From Octopus bimaculoides (Eukaryota), in NCBI RefSeq assembly GCF_001194135.2, contig NC_068989.1:12920790-12984789 (forward strand): DNA of 64,000 bases. The letters run 5' to 3'. The position numbers and the translations under genes were made by a program. Under the pieces are notes generated by a model. It had not been told where the DNA came from and did not search any database. It worked only from the letters and a program-made list of their open reading frames with translations. This document shows positions 24,355 to 38,955 of the stretch, piece after piece (position 1 is the stretch's first letter; every line of letters starts with the position of its first letter).

Positions 24355-24700
24355 GACACACAGACACACACACACACAAACACATAAATATATTCACAAA
24401 CACACACGCATATGCGTATATATGTGTGTATGGATGCAGTGTTGACAGCATAATGTTACCCATGGTAAGTTAATTTCCTTGCTCGTAACCCGATTTCTGT
24501 TGTACCTGCTATTTGTTCAGTGATTGGTGGTTTTCTTAGAGGATTTTTCGTCTCTGATTCTTGCTACAATGCCGGCAGCTCGTGTACCGTAATATAATTA
24601 TAAATCAATTCTAAAATTTTGGATTTGCCATTTATCGGCCTTTGCTTGTTAGCCACCTATATTATTGCTTTTATTATTCATTTTAGTAATGATAATAAAT

Positions 24701-24893
24701 AATAATTATTACTACTCAAGGCACAAGGGGTTGAACATGTTTGGAGAACGGCTAGTTCGCTATATCGACACCAGTGCGAAACTGGTACTTATTTCATCGA
24801 CCACGCAAGGATGAAAGGCAAAGTCGACGTCGGTGGAATTTGAACTCAGAACATAGCAGCAGACGAAATACCGCTAAGCATTTCACCCGGCGT
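24701..24893 (-). mobile_element. SINE family B, 5'-truncated
   Basis: GGATGAAAGGCAAAGTCGACGTCGGTGGAATTTGAACTCAGAAC...GACGAAATACCGCTAAGCATTTC. Confidence 0.85.
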
Positions 24894-25740
24894 ATATTTT
24901 CAAATATTTATTCATTCAGCATATTTATTCATTCAGGATATATATATACATATACATATACANNNNNNNNNNNNNNNNNNNNNNNNNNNNNNNNNNNNNN
25001 NNNNNNNNNNNNNNNNNNNNNNNNNNNNNNNNNNNNNNNNNNNNNNNNNNNNNNNNNNNNNNNNNNNNNNNNNNNNNNNNNNNNNNNNNNNNNNNNNNNN
25101 NNNNNNNNNNNNNGAGACGCACAGTCATAGCTAGATATATGTGTGTGATTGTACGTGTTATAGTGCACGGCCAATCAAGCGAGATGTTATGTCACCCATC
25201 TAAAGAGCGGAAGTAAAGGTTTAGAGCACTGTTCTACTCTGAAAAATCCAGCTATTAAACAAAACAATAAAATTAAAAACAAGTACGGTAGCTCTTCTTT
25301 CTCAAAAGATCGAATTCAATCGGTATAATTGCAATAAATGCCGGCTTAAATAAATACTGCTTCTGTAATCGATTTTAGTAAATAGAAAGTCAGATCTAAA
25401 ACTAGCGACTTAATTACAGGAAATATATACCTTAATACAATGTCTATTACTGTGTTAACAACTGGTAAATGTCATGCTAACATAGTTTTGTTATATTAAA
25501 ACAATTTTCTCATAATTTTATAGCTATCTGCTGCAATTAATTACTAGGAAATTCATTAAGAGAATTAAGCATTATCACTGCACATTATATCCATGTTCCT
25601 CTTTCAGAACGTTAACATTCAACTTTATACATCTTGATTTCTTCACGTTTACTTGACGGTAATTAACTTCTTATGCCTACATATACCGAGGATTGCATTA
25701 CAGGATCATGTAATTAAAATCACTTGACTACATACATATG

Positions 25741-25801
<61 letters not shown>

Positions 25802-28479
25802 TCTATATGCGTGTGTAATAGATATTTACGTATACCTATACGTTTGCGTATATATTTAAATATGTATTTAAGTTGGTGTGTTTGTGGGTATGAACGTAAG
25901 TATATGCGTTTCGCACAATATTACAGCAAACGTTATCTTGTTATTTACATTAGAAACAGCTTTCACTTGAATGGTGCATTAGAAAATTCACTCCTCTGAA
26001 GAATCTCGGAGCAAAATCTCCCGCACGTACACGCACATACGTATAGACACACGCATAACTTGTTAGATGCAAATAAAATATATGTGGGCGGAGATGAAGA
26101 AAGATATACAGGATATATGCGCATGGAAACGTATATATTCAAAGCTATAGAGAGGGAGAAGATTGATTTCATTCCATTGTGAATGAATGAGTACAGAGTA
26201 GAATAAACTTTTAAAATATGTATTTGCAATTTGCTTTAGTTGTGTATGCGTGTGTGTATGTGTGTGTGTATGTGTGTGAATGTGTGTATGTTAGTATGTA
26301 TTTGTTTGTATCATGAAGTCGTGTTTTGTATCCCAATGTAATTTTGGTTAAAGAGAGAGAATATATTAACAGAGTTTACTCCAGGATGAAGGGCTGGCTT
26401 TTGGTGTGAGTTTTATGTTGTTTATCAGAATTGGCGCATCGCGAGGTAACGAGTCCATTGATTATGGGTTATAAGGAGCAGTGCTAATGAACATTGCACC
26501 AGCAGTATGGTCGCTATAGCCTGCTACTCAGTTTTTGGCCTGCTTATCAGATGGTTTGTTTGGTGGGGGAGGGTTCCTTCCTCTGTTTCCCAACGGTTGG
26601 CATGAATGTGTGCCTGAAAAAAAAGTAGGATTAATTTCTTTGTCATGAAAGAGATAATTTTTCTTTCATTACATTCAGTGAAAAATTAAGTAGTGAAATA
26701 CGATGCAGTTATTGAACCAACCATTATCATTTATTTATATATTTCGATTCCCTTTCGTAGCTATTTATAATGATTTAAGATAGTAATACTCCAGGGAAAG
26801 ATGTTAATGAAATAACACTCATACTTGTGAAAGGCGTATTGAGAAATATCGGAAAAATTTTACGCTGGAAGCCCCAACATCCAACCCTTATATATTTTCA
26901 GAGAATTACTGATATTAAAATGAAACTTTAATAAGATATGCTGCTACGGACTACACTGGATTCACCTCTTCTCATTTCTGTATTTTAGTTTATGCTTTAT
27001 TCGAAAGGGAGTAAATTAAGATAACAGTTTAACAGTAAACAATGTAAAACGTTCAAGTATTTTGCTTTGGAGATAAACCCCACTTCACTGGAAGTATCTT
27101 TTTTCCATGGAAATATCGCAAGATTCCTACTGGGAGCTAAACCATAGACTATTTCGTTGACAGTCTAACATCCATATATTCACCATTGTTTGATACTTCT
27201 CGATTATTCGAAATTATCTCCCCTTCCGCTTCTCTCTCAAGAATCTCGATATATTTATCTTTCTGTACCAGAGGAAATTTTTTCTTTCTTCCACAAATGA
27301 TTCTGCCTTAAATGGTAGACTTCTCTTCTTTTATTACATAAAATGAGCTTCACTCCGGAATCGAGGATATCACCCATTGCTCACATTAAACATTAGAAAT
27401 ATTCTATCATTTTACTGTAGTCAAGTCGAATTACATCGTATACCTGCAGTAGTGACATTTGTTTCTTTCTAAAATTATTTTCATACCTCTTGCTTTTGAA
27501 CATGAGGGTTTTAGAGGTGAGTATTAGTGTATATTCTATTCGAGCTTTATTGAGCTTTGTCACCCGAGTGACACTGAACTCTTCCTTAACACATGGATAG
27601 ATCTGGTTCTCTAGGCACTAATCTAATTTTAATGAAATTATTCTTTACTTGATATGTCTAATAATGCATTATTTTTTCTCTGGCCAAGGCAAGTAAGGCA
27701 TTGGCTGGTTGTGAACCAATTCGATTCCGTCAGTGCTTTAACAAAAATATCGGTAATCGATTCTCAACTACCAGCACTTAATTTGGTCCACACTATAAAA
27801 TGAAACATATACGTATCTTCTAGTTTCATTAATATTTAGTACCTATCATCTCCAATACCGTAGTTATTCATTACTAATTGTTTATTCAACAAGCTTATAG
27901 ATAGGTTCTTATTAATTTATTACGTAATTATTGATGACGTCATCTTCTAGTTACTGATCATCCAGTGGTGTACTGATATATCCATTCTAAGAATTTCATT
28001 GTTGAAGTGATGTTTTCTCATCGTGTATATCGTAAGGAATATTGATTCATAATTTCAATTGTAAAACAACGATTATTGATCGACAATATAACAAAAGTTT
28101 ATTTAATTTTGAGATTAATAATGATGATAATAATATTAATGATGCGGATAATAATATTTACGAAGAGAGATAATAAAAAAATGTTATCTCTACTCGAAGC
28201 AATTCAAATTTCTGTAATAACCTACTTGAAATATTGATTCCAATAGGATTTATAAGTCTTATTGTGCTTGTTCTTTTTGTTGTTGATATTATCAATATTA
28301 TTGTTAATTTTACTGTTGGTGTTGTTGCTGTAGAATTCCATTTTTCATCTTCGTCATCGTAGTTGCCGTCGTTATCGGCGCTGTTATAATCATTAGCATC
28401 ATCAGTAGAAGCTTTATAATTATAGAAACATGTTAAAATTAATCTTTTAATGATAATTGTTATTATCATCATTAATTTT

Positions 28480-28640
28480 GTGGATTGGCAAAATCGTTAA
28501 TGCGTCATATACGTCTTCCGTTATTTAATTATGATTCTATGTTCTGATTTCAAATCTCACCAAGGTCAGTATATTGTTTCCTTCTGTCGGAGTAGATAAA
28601 TAAAGTACCTTCCAAATAATCTGGTCGATGGTATCGACAA
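28480..28640 (+). mobile_element. old SINE family B copy
   Basis: TTGGCAAAATCGTTAA...GTTCTGATTTCAAATCTCACCAAGGTC...GTCGGAGTAGATAAATAAAGTACC. Confidence 0.5.
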
Positions 28641-31589
28641 TTACTTTCCGTTCGAATTGCTGCCTTTGTTTCAAAATTACAAGCAATTAATTGTGTTGCG
28701 GCTTAGCAGTACGAGAGAGAATCGAACAAATGCTTTTCCGCAATTGAACAGTCTCTTTATGATTTCCATCTAAATCGCACGTAGATCATCTTTGCGTTTC
28801 GCCCTTCTAGATTTTGAGAAACTAAAGAACTGCGGACCTTGCTATCAATTAAATTCTCTATAAAATTGAGGCCTTACGTTTATGTTAGAGTTAATTTAGA
28901 GCGTGGATTGGCAGAACGGCCAGGTCGTCAAAAGTTAGGAAGAACACTAAGGTACATTCACACCCAAAGAAATATCTGTTGCTCTCAGAAAAAAATGTTG
29001 GAGACAACCTATTGCAATGTTAGACTCGGTGTATTATCTCTCATGTGGAACAGGTGATAAGGAGTTAATATGCCTCTTATAAAATCTCGTATTTGAATCA
29101 GAACTCAGATATTGTCCGTACACCACTTGTCTAACTTTAGGATAGTGATACTTTCTGTCTGTAAAAGTCTGTAAAAATCAAAAGATCAGAGACATTGGAT
29201 CAGAAGTTGATTCTCGTCTCGCACACATTTGCGAAACAGCTTGGGATCTAATGAGCGTTAGTTTGACTCCCAATTGTGTTTGCTCAAGTGTAATCTACAT
29301 AGATATCCAAATCTAATAGTCGTAGTGCTATCTGGGTATAATATATTACATTGCGTGTGAAGAGGAGATGAAACAGACGGGTGGTGCTGGGTAAAGGATC
29401 CAATGACTATACCTATTGTAAACAAGGGTATGTGACAGCGCTCTATGAAAATGAAGAATAAAAGTAAAATAAAGAAAGATGATAGCCGGACCATAGGTAA
29501 AAATAACATTCCGATTATATTATCTCTGTGTTTGTCTTGGGAATGTACATCACTGCTACTCATCGGCTGGGGATTCCTTCATGTCTGTATTTGAAGGTAT
29601 TAGGAGAACGACCCTTTAAAGCAAGTTTCTCGTCACAAAGAAAATACATTCTCCAACGTATTTTCAGAAGCCGCATTTTTTAATTTTTTATTTTTGCCTA
29701 CTTCTTCCAAAACCGTTGCTTTACCTGTAGTTCTCCATTATGGCTACGCAAGCAAAATATTAATTGCTCTGTTTCTTGTTCTCCTTTATAGTATTTTAAT
29801 TATTGCTATTTGCTTTTGCTTTTAGGCTCATTGTCTTTGTGTTTGTCACTCTGATTTCATCATTGAATTAAGATGGCGCTGAGAAATGACAATTTGTAAT
29901 GCTCAGTGTAATTGAGCTTAGGGAGATGAAATTCGTAGCTTTGAGTAAGAAATGACGGAAAAGGCAAATAGCTTTGTTAGTATTCCTTCACATAATGAGC
30001 ATCTAGCATATATTTCTGTGTGGGAAGTAAAGTATTGCTTGAATTACACATTTTTTATGTTTATTTTTTGCCCAATTTTACATAAATTTTTAAAGCGTGT
30101 ATTTTTTTTAATACTCTGATCCTCCTGATTTTTTTTTATGGAACTTCTTTGTCCTATAATACACTTTTTATAAACCCGTAATGACTCTTTTCGTTTCATA
30201 TGATGTATTTCCGATTTATGACATATTTCATTGCCCTTAACAGCTAAATAACATGACGAAATTTTAAAGTAAATCTCACGTGAATATTAATGGCGCATTG
30301 AATCCCGTTGTAAACACACTCATTTGCAGAATATAAATTCTACTGCAGAACCAAGGCCAGCGAAAATTTTTCTTGTTATCCTCATTGAAATTATTATTTA
30401 AAAAAATATAAACACAATATTTAATATTTTAAAAGATGCAAGCTTTGCAATATATATCGCATTAGCTCTTAAAGAATCTTTATCACATTATTAAAGAAGA
30501 TATAACGCATTCAAATAACCCTAACAATATTGAGCATTTTAAAGAATTTTATCGTAGTTGCTGCCGAAAATAATGATACATAAAATTCGATGTTATTCGC
30601 GATTTATATATCTGAGAATGAAAACTAAAATGTAGATTCAACAGCCTAACAACATCTTATTTATGATCGTTCCTTCGCTATAACACAGCACCGTATATAT
30701 TTTGCCTATTTTCGCTATAGCACACCTCTGAAGAAAATGATTAACTTGTAAAAAAACAGAGATATTGGTAAAGCTGAGAATTGTTATCAGCCGGTCAGGA
30801 CTGAAATAGTCTTGTTTTTGCGAAGCTCTCTTGGTTTTCTGGGGTCTATGGGTTTCTCATAATGCATTACTAGGAACACGTTTCGTACCCGTTGTTATGG
30901 TAGTATATAGCATACTATGATCTTTACATGAGGTATAATGAGAAATCTTGAAGAATAACCACGATTCTCAGTACACAGTCGGAGTAACTAAACGGTTACG
31001 ACGTGGCAAATCATTGATGAGATAAAAGAAATATGTCAATGTCTGATATAAGTTAAAGATTTATACACGAGGACAATAACAACAAAATTAACACAATATA
31101 TTCTGTATAGAAAATAACAAACCAGCAAACAGAAAAAAGAAAAAAGGCGACAGCCGCAGTATCAGTTGCACATGATCATCTGCAATCTTGGAAGCCTTAT
31201 CGACAAAAGTACGCTATTACTATGATCTGTAGCTTTTACAATTACGAAAAACAACAACAGCTTAATCTAAGAACGACAGTCAATAAATAAATTTTAGAAG
31301 ACAAAACAAGCAACACATATTTTTTTCAGCAAAACAAATAATACAACTATTACCCTATCGCGTGAAAACATGTGCGGACAACAACATTGCTGTAATCGTT
31401 CAAAGTCAGTTTGTAGTCAGCACTAACAACAAAGCAACAGAAATACCAAAACAACCTCAAGACTTACTAAAAATAAAGAGAGACCCCAACCAGAAGACGT
31501 AATGAACAATGAAAGCTAAATTCTAAAAGGTAAAACATACACACACGCACACACACACATGCACAACACTACACCCACGCTCGCACATA

Positions 31590-31640
<51 letters not shown>

Positions 31641-31681
31641 GAATATAAGAATGTACAGGTGTGCTTATATATGCAATCATT

Positions 31682-31744
<63 letters not shown>

Positions 31745-32538
31745 ATGTATATATGTATATATATATANNNNNNNNNNNNNNNNNNNNNNNNNNNNNNNNN
31801 NNNNNNNNNNNNNNNNNNNNNNNNNNNNNNNNNNNNNNNNNNNNNNNNNNNNNNNNNNNNNNNNNNNNNNNNNNNNNNNNNNNNNNNNNNNNNNNNNNNN
31901 NNNNNNNNNNNNNNNNNNNNNNNNNNNNNNNNNNNNNNNNNNNNNNNNNNNNNNNNNNNNNNNNNNNNNNNNNNNNNNNNNNNNNNNNNNNNNNNNNNNN
32001 NNNNNNNNNNNNNNNNNNNNNNNNNNNNNNNNNNNNNNNNNNNNNNNNNNNNNNNNNNNNNNNNNNNNNNNNNNNNNNNNNNNNNNNNNNNNNNNNNNNN
32101 NNNNNNNNNNNNNNNNNNNNNNNNNNNNNNNNNNNNNNNNNNNTATATATGCATACACACACATATATATAGCAAACGGCGACATCAACTATATATACAA
32201 CAAAATCCCAGCCGAAGCATTATTCCTACCAATTACAGCAACAACAATGGGAATGAACAAACAAAACTGAACTAAATTGGGAAAGAAATAAAAAAAGAAA
32301 ATAAAAAAAATACAGAAAGGCGACCAAACAAAGCACAATCCAATGAAGAAAACAATAGAAAAGAAAACAAAGAGATGCTATTAAGTCATTGATACATCTT
32401 CTGAAGCAAACAACACCATTATCTTCAATGAAGTGTGAACAAAAATAATAGATTCAATAGAAGCTGAGAGGAAACCATTGAACAGGCATTGTATTTGTAT
32501 GTTTGCCCGCTTCTCAATACTGCATCGGTGTGTTGTAA

Positions 32539-32734
32539 GCAGGATGGAGGTATGCTGGCAGTAGGACGGCAGTATGTTGGCAGTAGGATGACGGTATGAT
32601 GGCAGTAGTATGGCGGTAGGCTGGCAGCAGGATGGCGGTTTTGTGGCAGTAGTATGGCAGTATGCTGGAAGTATCCAGGCAGTGTGCTGACAGTATGGTA
32701 GCTGTATGTTAGTGGTATGCTGGTAGTACACTGA
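32539..32734. repeat. degenerate 11-bp minisatellite, ~18 units, consensus CAGTA(T/G)G(A/C)TGG
   Basis: Units read directly, e.g. CAGTAGGACGG CAGTATGTTGG CAGTAGGATGA CGGTATGATGG CAGTAGTATGG CGGTAGGCTGG. Confidence 0.85.
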
Positions 32735-33454
32735 ATGTCTATGCAAACAGTTTGAGCTGATACCATATTAGTAGTATATTCTAGTAGTATTTTAAATGTA
32801 GACTGAAACGGTGGATTATTCAAAGACATCAATCTAAAGTAGATGAGTATTATGTAATTATAATAGACTCCATACAAATCGACATCAGAGGTGTCATGGC
32901 GAATTTATTCGGTTTGAGTGATTGAGGAGTTTGTCTGAGAGCCAACTACTAGTGATGGAAAGGTCGTTTAATCAAAGACAGGGCATTTACGTGATAAACG
33001 CACGTACAAACGTACACATACTTATACATGCATACATACATGCATCCACACTCACAGATCACAGAAACACACGCACACATGCATACATGCACACACAGAC
33101 ATACAAGAACATACACACACACATACGTATATATACAGAGATATCAGTAGGTTTTATAGAAAGTATTCGGATGTTCGAACGACTGAATTTCATTGAATTC
33201 GAGTGTATGTTGAGAAGTATTCTACAGATGCGTCTATCTGTAATTTATTCAAAAACAGAAGTTACACAGGATTCTACGCAGTTTCCGCCGGGAATAATTC
33301 AATTACATGTCGAACTTAGGTTATGGGACTGACATTTGGCGTTACATACTACACATCGTAATCAAAACTTAGTAGTTGCGAGACGAGCAGCCCAATAATT
33401 CAGGACCACATACAGGCCTCTGCACCCACAATATTGTCTTTTACTTATTTAGGA

Positions 33455-33800
33455 TATTGGACAGTGGCTATGTCAGAGTGCCACCTTGAAGGGTTTAGTC
33501 GAGCAAACGGACGCCAGGATATTATTTTAATGTCTGTAACTTTTCAATCGCCTCTTTTGCCCGTTACGTTACGGTGATATATAGCAGGTTGCTAAGCATC
33601 GCGGTGGACAGTGATAAGCGCAAAGCCATACGCAGCCACATATACGTCACACAGTTTCCATCTATCAAATTCCTTCACAAGAAAGGCTTTGGTCGGTCCA
33701 GGGTTTATAGTAGAAGACACTTTAAAATGTGCTGCGCAATGGAAATGATCCTCAAATCATATGACTGAAGAGTGAATTTCTTAACCACACATCCATGTCC
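33455..33800 (-). mobile_element. old SINE family A copy
   Basis: TTTAGTCGAGCAAA...CAGTTTCCATCTATCAAATTCC..GGCTTTGGTCGGTCCAGGG.TTATAGTAGAAGACAC. Confidence 0.7.
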
Positions 33801-34007
33801 GGATACAAACATTATCAACGAACGACTCACCTACTGTCCGAAGATTTGAAACGTGCAAAACAGATTAATCTTTCCTGACATTTTCAATTGACAATACGAT
33901 TATATACTCTAAATCTCTTAATGCGTATTGGCTTTTCTCTTTCTCATTTCTACAGTTATTTTGCCTTGATGCATATTCGTGCAAATATACATATATATAT
34001 ATATATA

Positions 34008-34134
34008 CAGGGTGTCCACAATGTTTGGGCACATGGAGTAAATAAAATCATAGCATAAATAATTAAATATGAGAAATGATAATTTCTTAAAGTATGTGTT
34101 GATCCCCATGTACCCAGACTTTGTGGACAACCTA
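34008..34134. mobile_element. Tc1/mariner-type MITE inserted in (TA)n
   Basis: TA|CAGGGTGTCCACAATGTTTGGGCACATGG ... CCATGTACCCAGACTTTGTGGACAACCT (imperfect ~29 bp TIRs). The core is the reverse complement of the element at 40907. Confidence 0.85.
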
Positions 34135-36072
34135 GTTGGGTCGTTGATTACCTCTTTCTAGCATATTGGATGTCGACCTAGCGGTCATCCCTTCTTATAC
34201 GCATGTAATGCAATTTTTCTGAATGATAAGATATTTATATGCTAGACCACTGGTTTCAAATTGAATTTATTAAATTCAATTTATCACCCTCATTATACAT
34301 GCATATATATATATATATANNNNNNNNNNNNNNNNNNNNNNNNNNNNNNNNNNNNNNNNNNNNNNNNNNNNNNNNNNNNNNNNNNNNNNNNNNNNNNNNN
34401 NNNNNNNNNNNNNNNNNNNNNNNNNNNNNNNNNNNNNNNNNNNNNNNNNNNNNNNNNNNNNNNNNNNNNNNNNNNNNNNNNNNNNNNNNNNNNNNNNNNN
34501 NNNNNNNNNNNNNNNNNNNNNNNNNNNNNNNNNNNNNNNNNNNNNNNNNNNNNNNNNNNNNNNNNNNNNNNNNNNNNNNNNNNNNNNNNNNNNNNNNNNN
34601 NNNNNNNNNNNNNNNNNNNNNNNNNNNNNNNNNNNNNNNNNNNNNNNNNNNNNNNNTATACATACATACATACACACACACAAACACATATATATATACA
34701 TATATATACATACATACACACACACACACACATATATATATACATATATGCATTATATCACAGACGTACACAAATACATCGGTAAGCTGTTACTAGTCTA
34801 TGTGTAAACGTTCTATCGGCAATTGTAATACTGTCAAAATACTGATACAGCTAATATATGACAAAAGATGAAAGAGTTACAGAAACTTACCACTGAGAGG
34901 CACCTGCCAATTTACTAGAACAATGAAATGAGACGCTCATACGCCTGATTGTTTGTTTGTCTGGGTAGCAATATGGATAAATACATCTGTCGTAATTATG
35001 GTATGACAAACTATATGTTCTTTCACATCCCATGTCATATTAGTAGTATCTACTGCGAAACATGCAAGCAGTAAGTTTGCAAGTTTTGTACAGAATAGTA
35101 TTATTACCGCTGTTCAATGAGCCATGATTGGAACATTGGATGTTTTCAATTGCGTGCAAATCATAATATTTATTCAAATATTATATAACACCATGAATCG
35201 GCTGGTTCTACGCACTACAAAACATAGCAGCTGATGCAAATGCTATATCAAATTGCACTTAGATACTTATAAGGAAGACCATATACCAAATAATATATAG
35301 TTATGTGTATGGTGCTCGTTTCTGGATATATATAGATATATGCTTGCATGATTATTTATTAATACACATATGTATATATATATATATATACATGTATAAA
35401 ATTGCATGCATATACACACACAGAAACAAAGAAATATACAATTACAGTATATATACAACATACATACGTATATTCGTACGTATGTATGTGTGTTTATGTG
35501 TGTAAATGTCTCTGGGTATGTTATTTTCTATGATAGATTTAACGTGCTGTTACATACTAGATTTCGGTTAAACATAAGTATATAAACGAGATTATTTCTT
35601 TCTCATATAAACTTGTATAATCTCATACACTATTTTTCAAATATATACGTCTTGCAGACAGGAATATATAAATATGTTTCTATGATGTTGAAGTGTAAAA
35701 ATAGATAAAAAGTTTTATGAATGGACATATTACATAGGTATGTATATGTCTGTATATGTGAAAAAGTATCTGCGCTTTTGGGTATGAAGCATACATGCCA
35801 GTAAATGATTGCATATAATATATATATATATATATATANNNNNNNNNNNNNNNNNNNNNNNNNNNNNNNNNNNNNNNNNNNNNNNNNNNNNNNNNNNNNN
35901 NNNNNNNNNNNNNNNNNNNNNNNNNNNNNNNNNNNNNNNNNNNNNNNNNNNNNNNNNNNNNNNNNNNNNNNNNNNNNNNNNNNNNNNNNNNNNNNNNNNN
36001 NNNNNNNNNNNNNNNNNNNNNNNNNNNNNNNNNNNNNNNNNNNNNNNNNNNNNNNNNNNNNNNNNNNNNNNN

Positions 36073-36124
<52 letters not shown>

Positions 36125-37559
36125 TATATTAATATATACATGTATATCTATTGGCATATGTACGAATATATATGTGTGTGTATGTCAACATCATGTATGT
36201 ATATATTCGAATCTGCGTGTGTTCGTCTCTGCGAACGTGTATAAGTATGTGTACATGCATATGCATGTGGATATATGTATGCCTGTAAGTACATGTATTG
36301 AGTACACATGTGCTGAAATGTTCAGCACGGACGTATCTATGAGTAATGCAAACAGAAAATTATGCGTTAGGTATATTAAGACGCCAAAAACATCTGAAGT
36401 GTCGGTAGGATGAGCAAACACATATTGTAGATACAAATATAGAACAATTCCCAACGTATTTAAATCCAAATAAAATCTAAAAATTGTTTATTCTAGATTT
36501 TAATACCAGGTATTTTGTTTTCTTTATACTAACTCAATTATTTTTGGTTTTTAATTTTAGACACTTTTTAATCGCAAAACTCCAACTTTTGCTTTATTGA
36601 TTTTATTTTATATTATTTGTTTTTTCTAGGAAAAAAAATATTTATTGAAATGCATATATTTTCTTGGTATAAATGTGTGTCTTTTTCATTTTCTCAAGTT
36701 TAGTTATGAGCATATGTTCATATTTATTTATTTAATCTCTTCCAATATTCCGAGCAACATTCGTAACGTTTCTCTTCTTATTTTTTTACGTTTTGTTAAG
36801 ATTATAGTTTGCTTTATGCAAGCAAATAATTTGATTAGCTATAATAGTATGAAAAAGACTAACAGAGTATTAGTGAGTTGGAAGTGGGAAACATATGATG
36901 GTGTTTTAAAGAATAAAAAAAAAAAAAAAAATATTAATAATGTTGATGATTATAATATTAAAATGACGATTTATCTCACTGGCAAAAGGCCAACTATTTG
37001 TTGAGGAAGAGAAGTAGAAATGAATGGAAATAAAATGAGCACAGACACACAAGCACAAACACATGCATACACAAACACACATAGATATATATATATATAT
37101 ATTATCTTGGAGTGAGTTGAACGACAAATTTAAGTTAGGTACATTCGAACTAAGAATCGCAAATTCATTATCATCTAAACAATAGTAATTGTTTCCGATG
37201 TGGGCGCAAAACCTAGAATTTAGGGAAAACCTTCAGTTGATTTAAACGTTTCCAATACTTGCTTAGTTTTGTTTTATTGATCATACATGGACGAACAGAA
37301 ATGTTGATTTTGGTTGGACTTGAACCCAGAATCGTTAAAGGTCGTAGATAAAATCCGCTGAATACTTTTGTCAGCCTCTTAAAAGCTCTTATCGACGATG
37401 CTTCTAATTCAGGCGGTTGTCATTGAAGGGGTTGTTTGATTCTATCAAACTGGTTTCTTGATTACTATTTTATATTATCGAATCAAGAGTGAAAGACAAA
37501 ATTGACCCTAGTGTACAGTGTTTCGAATTTTGCTTGGAATGGGCTTTGACTTGAATGGT

Positions 37560-38290
37560 TGAAGGCCGAAATCAATGGAACCATCAGAATTTTAGGCCTA
37601 TGATAGTGTTGTGTCGATATCCCCAGGCGATGAAGTAGGGTAGACCAATACGTAGATATAAATGGAGAAGTCTAGACGGCGTAGTAGTTGAGTAGAGGTC
37701 ATCCGAACGTGCGATATAACAGTGGCCATAAGGATTTCGTAGCTCACACAGCCAGTGTAGTATCGCGATATAACAGATGGGAAACGTGCAATTTGGATTG
37801 TCGTATTGGATTGCCATTATTGTGCAATTTGAAAGTCCATTAGCACAAGAGGGAAGGTTATAAAACCATGGTCCCTAGAGAGAAGTGAGCGTTTAGATTT
37901 AGAGAGGGAGAGATAGAAGGTATGATGGTTACAGTGGTAAGGGAGGAGAGTTGAATAAATGTAGGGTCGTTGGGATGGACAGCGTCTGTGAATACAAAAT
38001 AATGAAGTGAATAGAACTGAAGTGTTGGTGTTGGTGTTGGTGGAAGTGTGGAAGAGAGAATAATTTCGGTGTATATAGGACATGAACTCTAATAGAAGTT
38101 TGAGGAGTCGGTGGAAGAAATAGATTACAGCTAGGTTGGGACAGGAGAATTTGGTAGATGTAAAGTACAGGTGAATGTGGCTGATATAAGGTTAAACGCG
38201 TTTTAGATGAAAGCTGGCATGCTCGAGACGACATCAGGGCCGGGGGCAAGATAAGGGCTAGATAATAATGATCGTGGTGAAAAAAGAATA
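37560..38290 (-). mobile_element. possible very old LINE-like relic
   Basis: Strong strand skew (purine-rich on +). The minus strand reads LAPGPDVV near 38215-38245, like the APGPDG motif upstream of LINE RT. Other RT motifs are not convincingly colinear. Confidence 0.25.
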
Positions 38291-38437
38291 TCACAGTTGT
38301 ATTAAAAATTTCGGACGCCAGAAGTTAGCATCATACTCTATAATTAAAGTTGCTCTAGCAACCTAACACATAATTTTATATTGTAAAATAATTGCCGTAG
38401 CAACATCAATCGGTGAAATAACAATAATGATGAGTTC

Positions 38438-38470
38438 AGTGAAAGCACGCACATTATAAAAATAAGACTA

Positions 38471-38474
<4 letters not shown>
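38438..38474 (+). mobile_element. 37-bp 3'-terminal stub of the Dong-type element
   Basis: AGTGAAAGCACG[CACA]TTATAAAAATAAGACTACTGA then (TAA)n equals the reverse complement of 19943-19975, apart from a 4-nt insertion and 1 mismatch. Confidence 0.8.
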
Positions 38475-38502
<28 letters not shown>

Positions 38503-38504
<2 letters not shown>

Positions 38505-38953
38505 TCTAAACGCAGAAACCTTAGCACCGCTTGGATAGATTACAAGAAGGCTTTTGACAGTCCTCCATGCATGGATCATCAAGGCTCTGAGAATGTACAA
38601 AGTAGCTCCAACAGTTGTGAATATTGTAACAGTAATCAGGAATTTGTGGTGAACCACCCTCTTTGTAAACCATACAGAAGGATATACCACCTCATCAGAC
38701 ATCAGTATAGCCTGTGGTATCTTTCAAGGTGACTCATTATCGCCATTGCCATTCTGCTTCGCTCTGCCTCCATTATCCACACATCTGAATAATGCTAAAA
38801 GAGAGTACAAGATCTTTGACTAGAAACTTAATCATCTACTCTATATGGATGATGTAAAACTGCTTGACAAAAACGACAAAGAATTAGAAAATCGCCTGAA
38901 TATTGTCAAAGAATTCAGCTATAATGTGAAAGTTATAATGTAAAGAAACCATA

Positions 38954-38955
<2 letters not shown>
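38503..38955 (+). pseudogene. R4/Dong-type reverse transcriptase fragment between (TAA)n arrays
   Basis: RRNLSTAWIDYKKAFDS/..HAWIIKALRMYKV...W*...GIFQGDSLSPLPFC...FD*KLNHLLYMDDVKLL (YMDD at 38842-38853), with one frameshift and two stops. Confidence 0.9.

Noticed and set aside
27100-27700. Possible old RTE-like RT on the minus strand
   Set aside because: Only vague motif echoes (YMDV, DKAQ) with many stops; not supportable.
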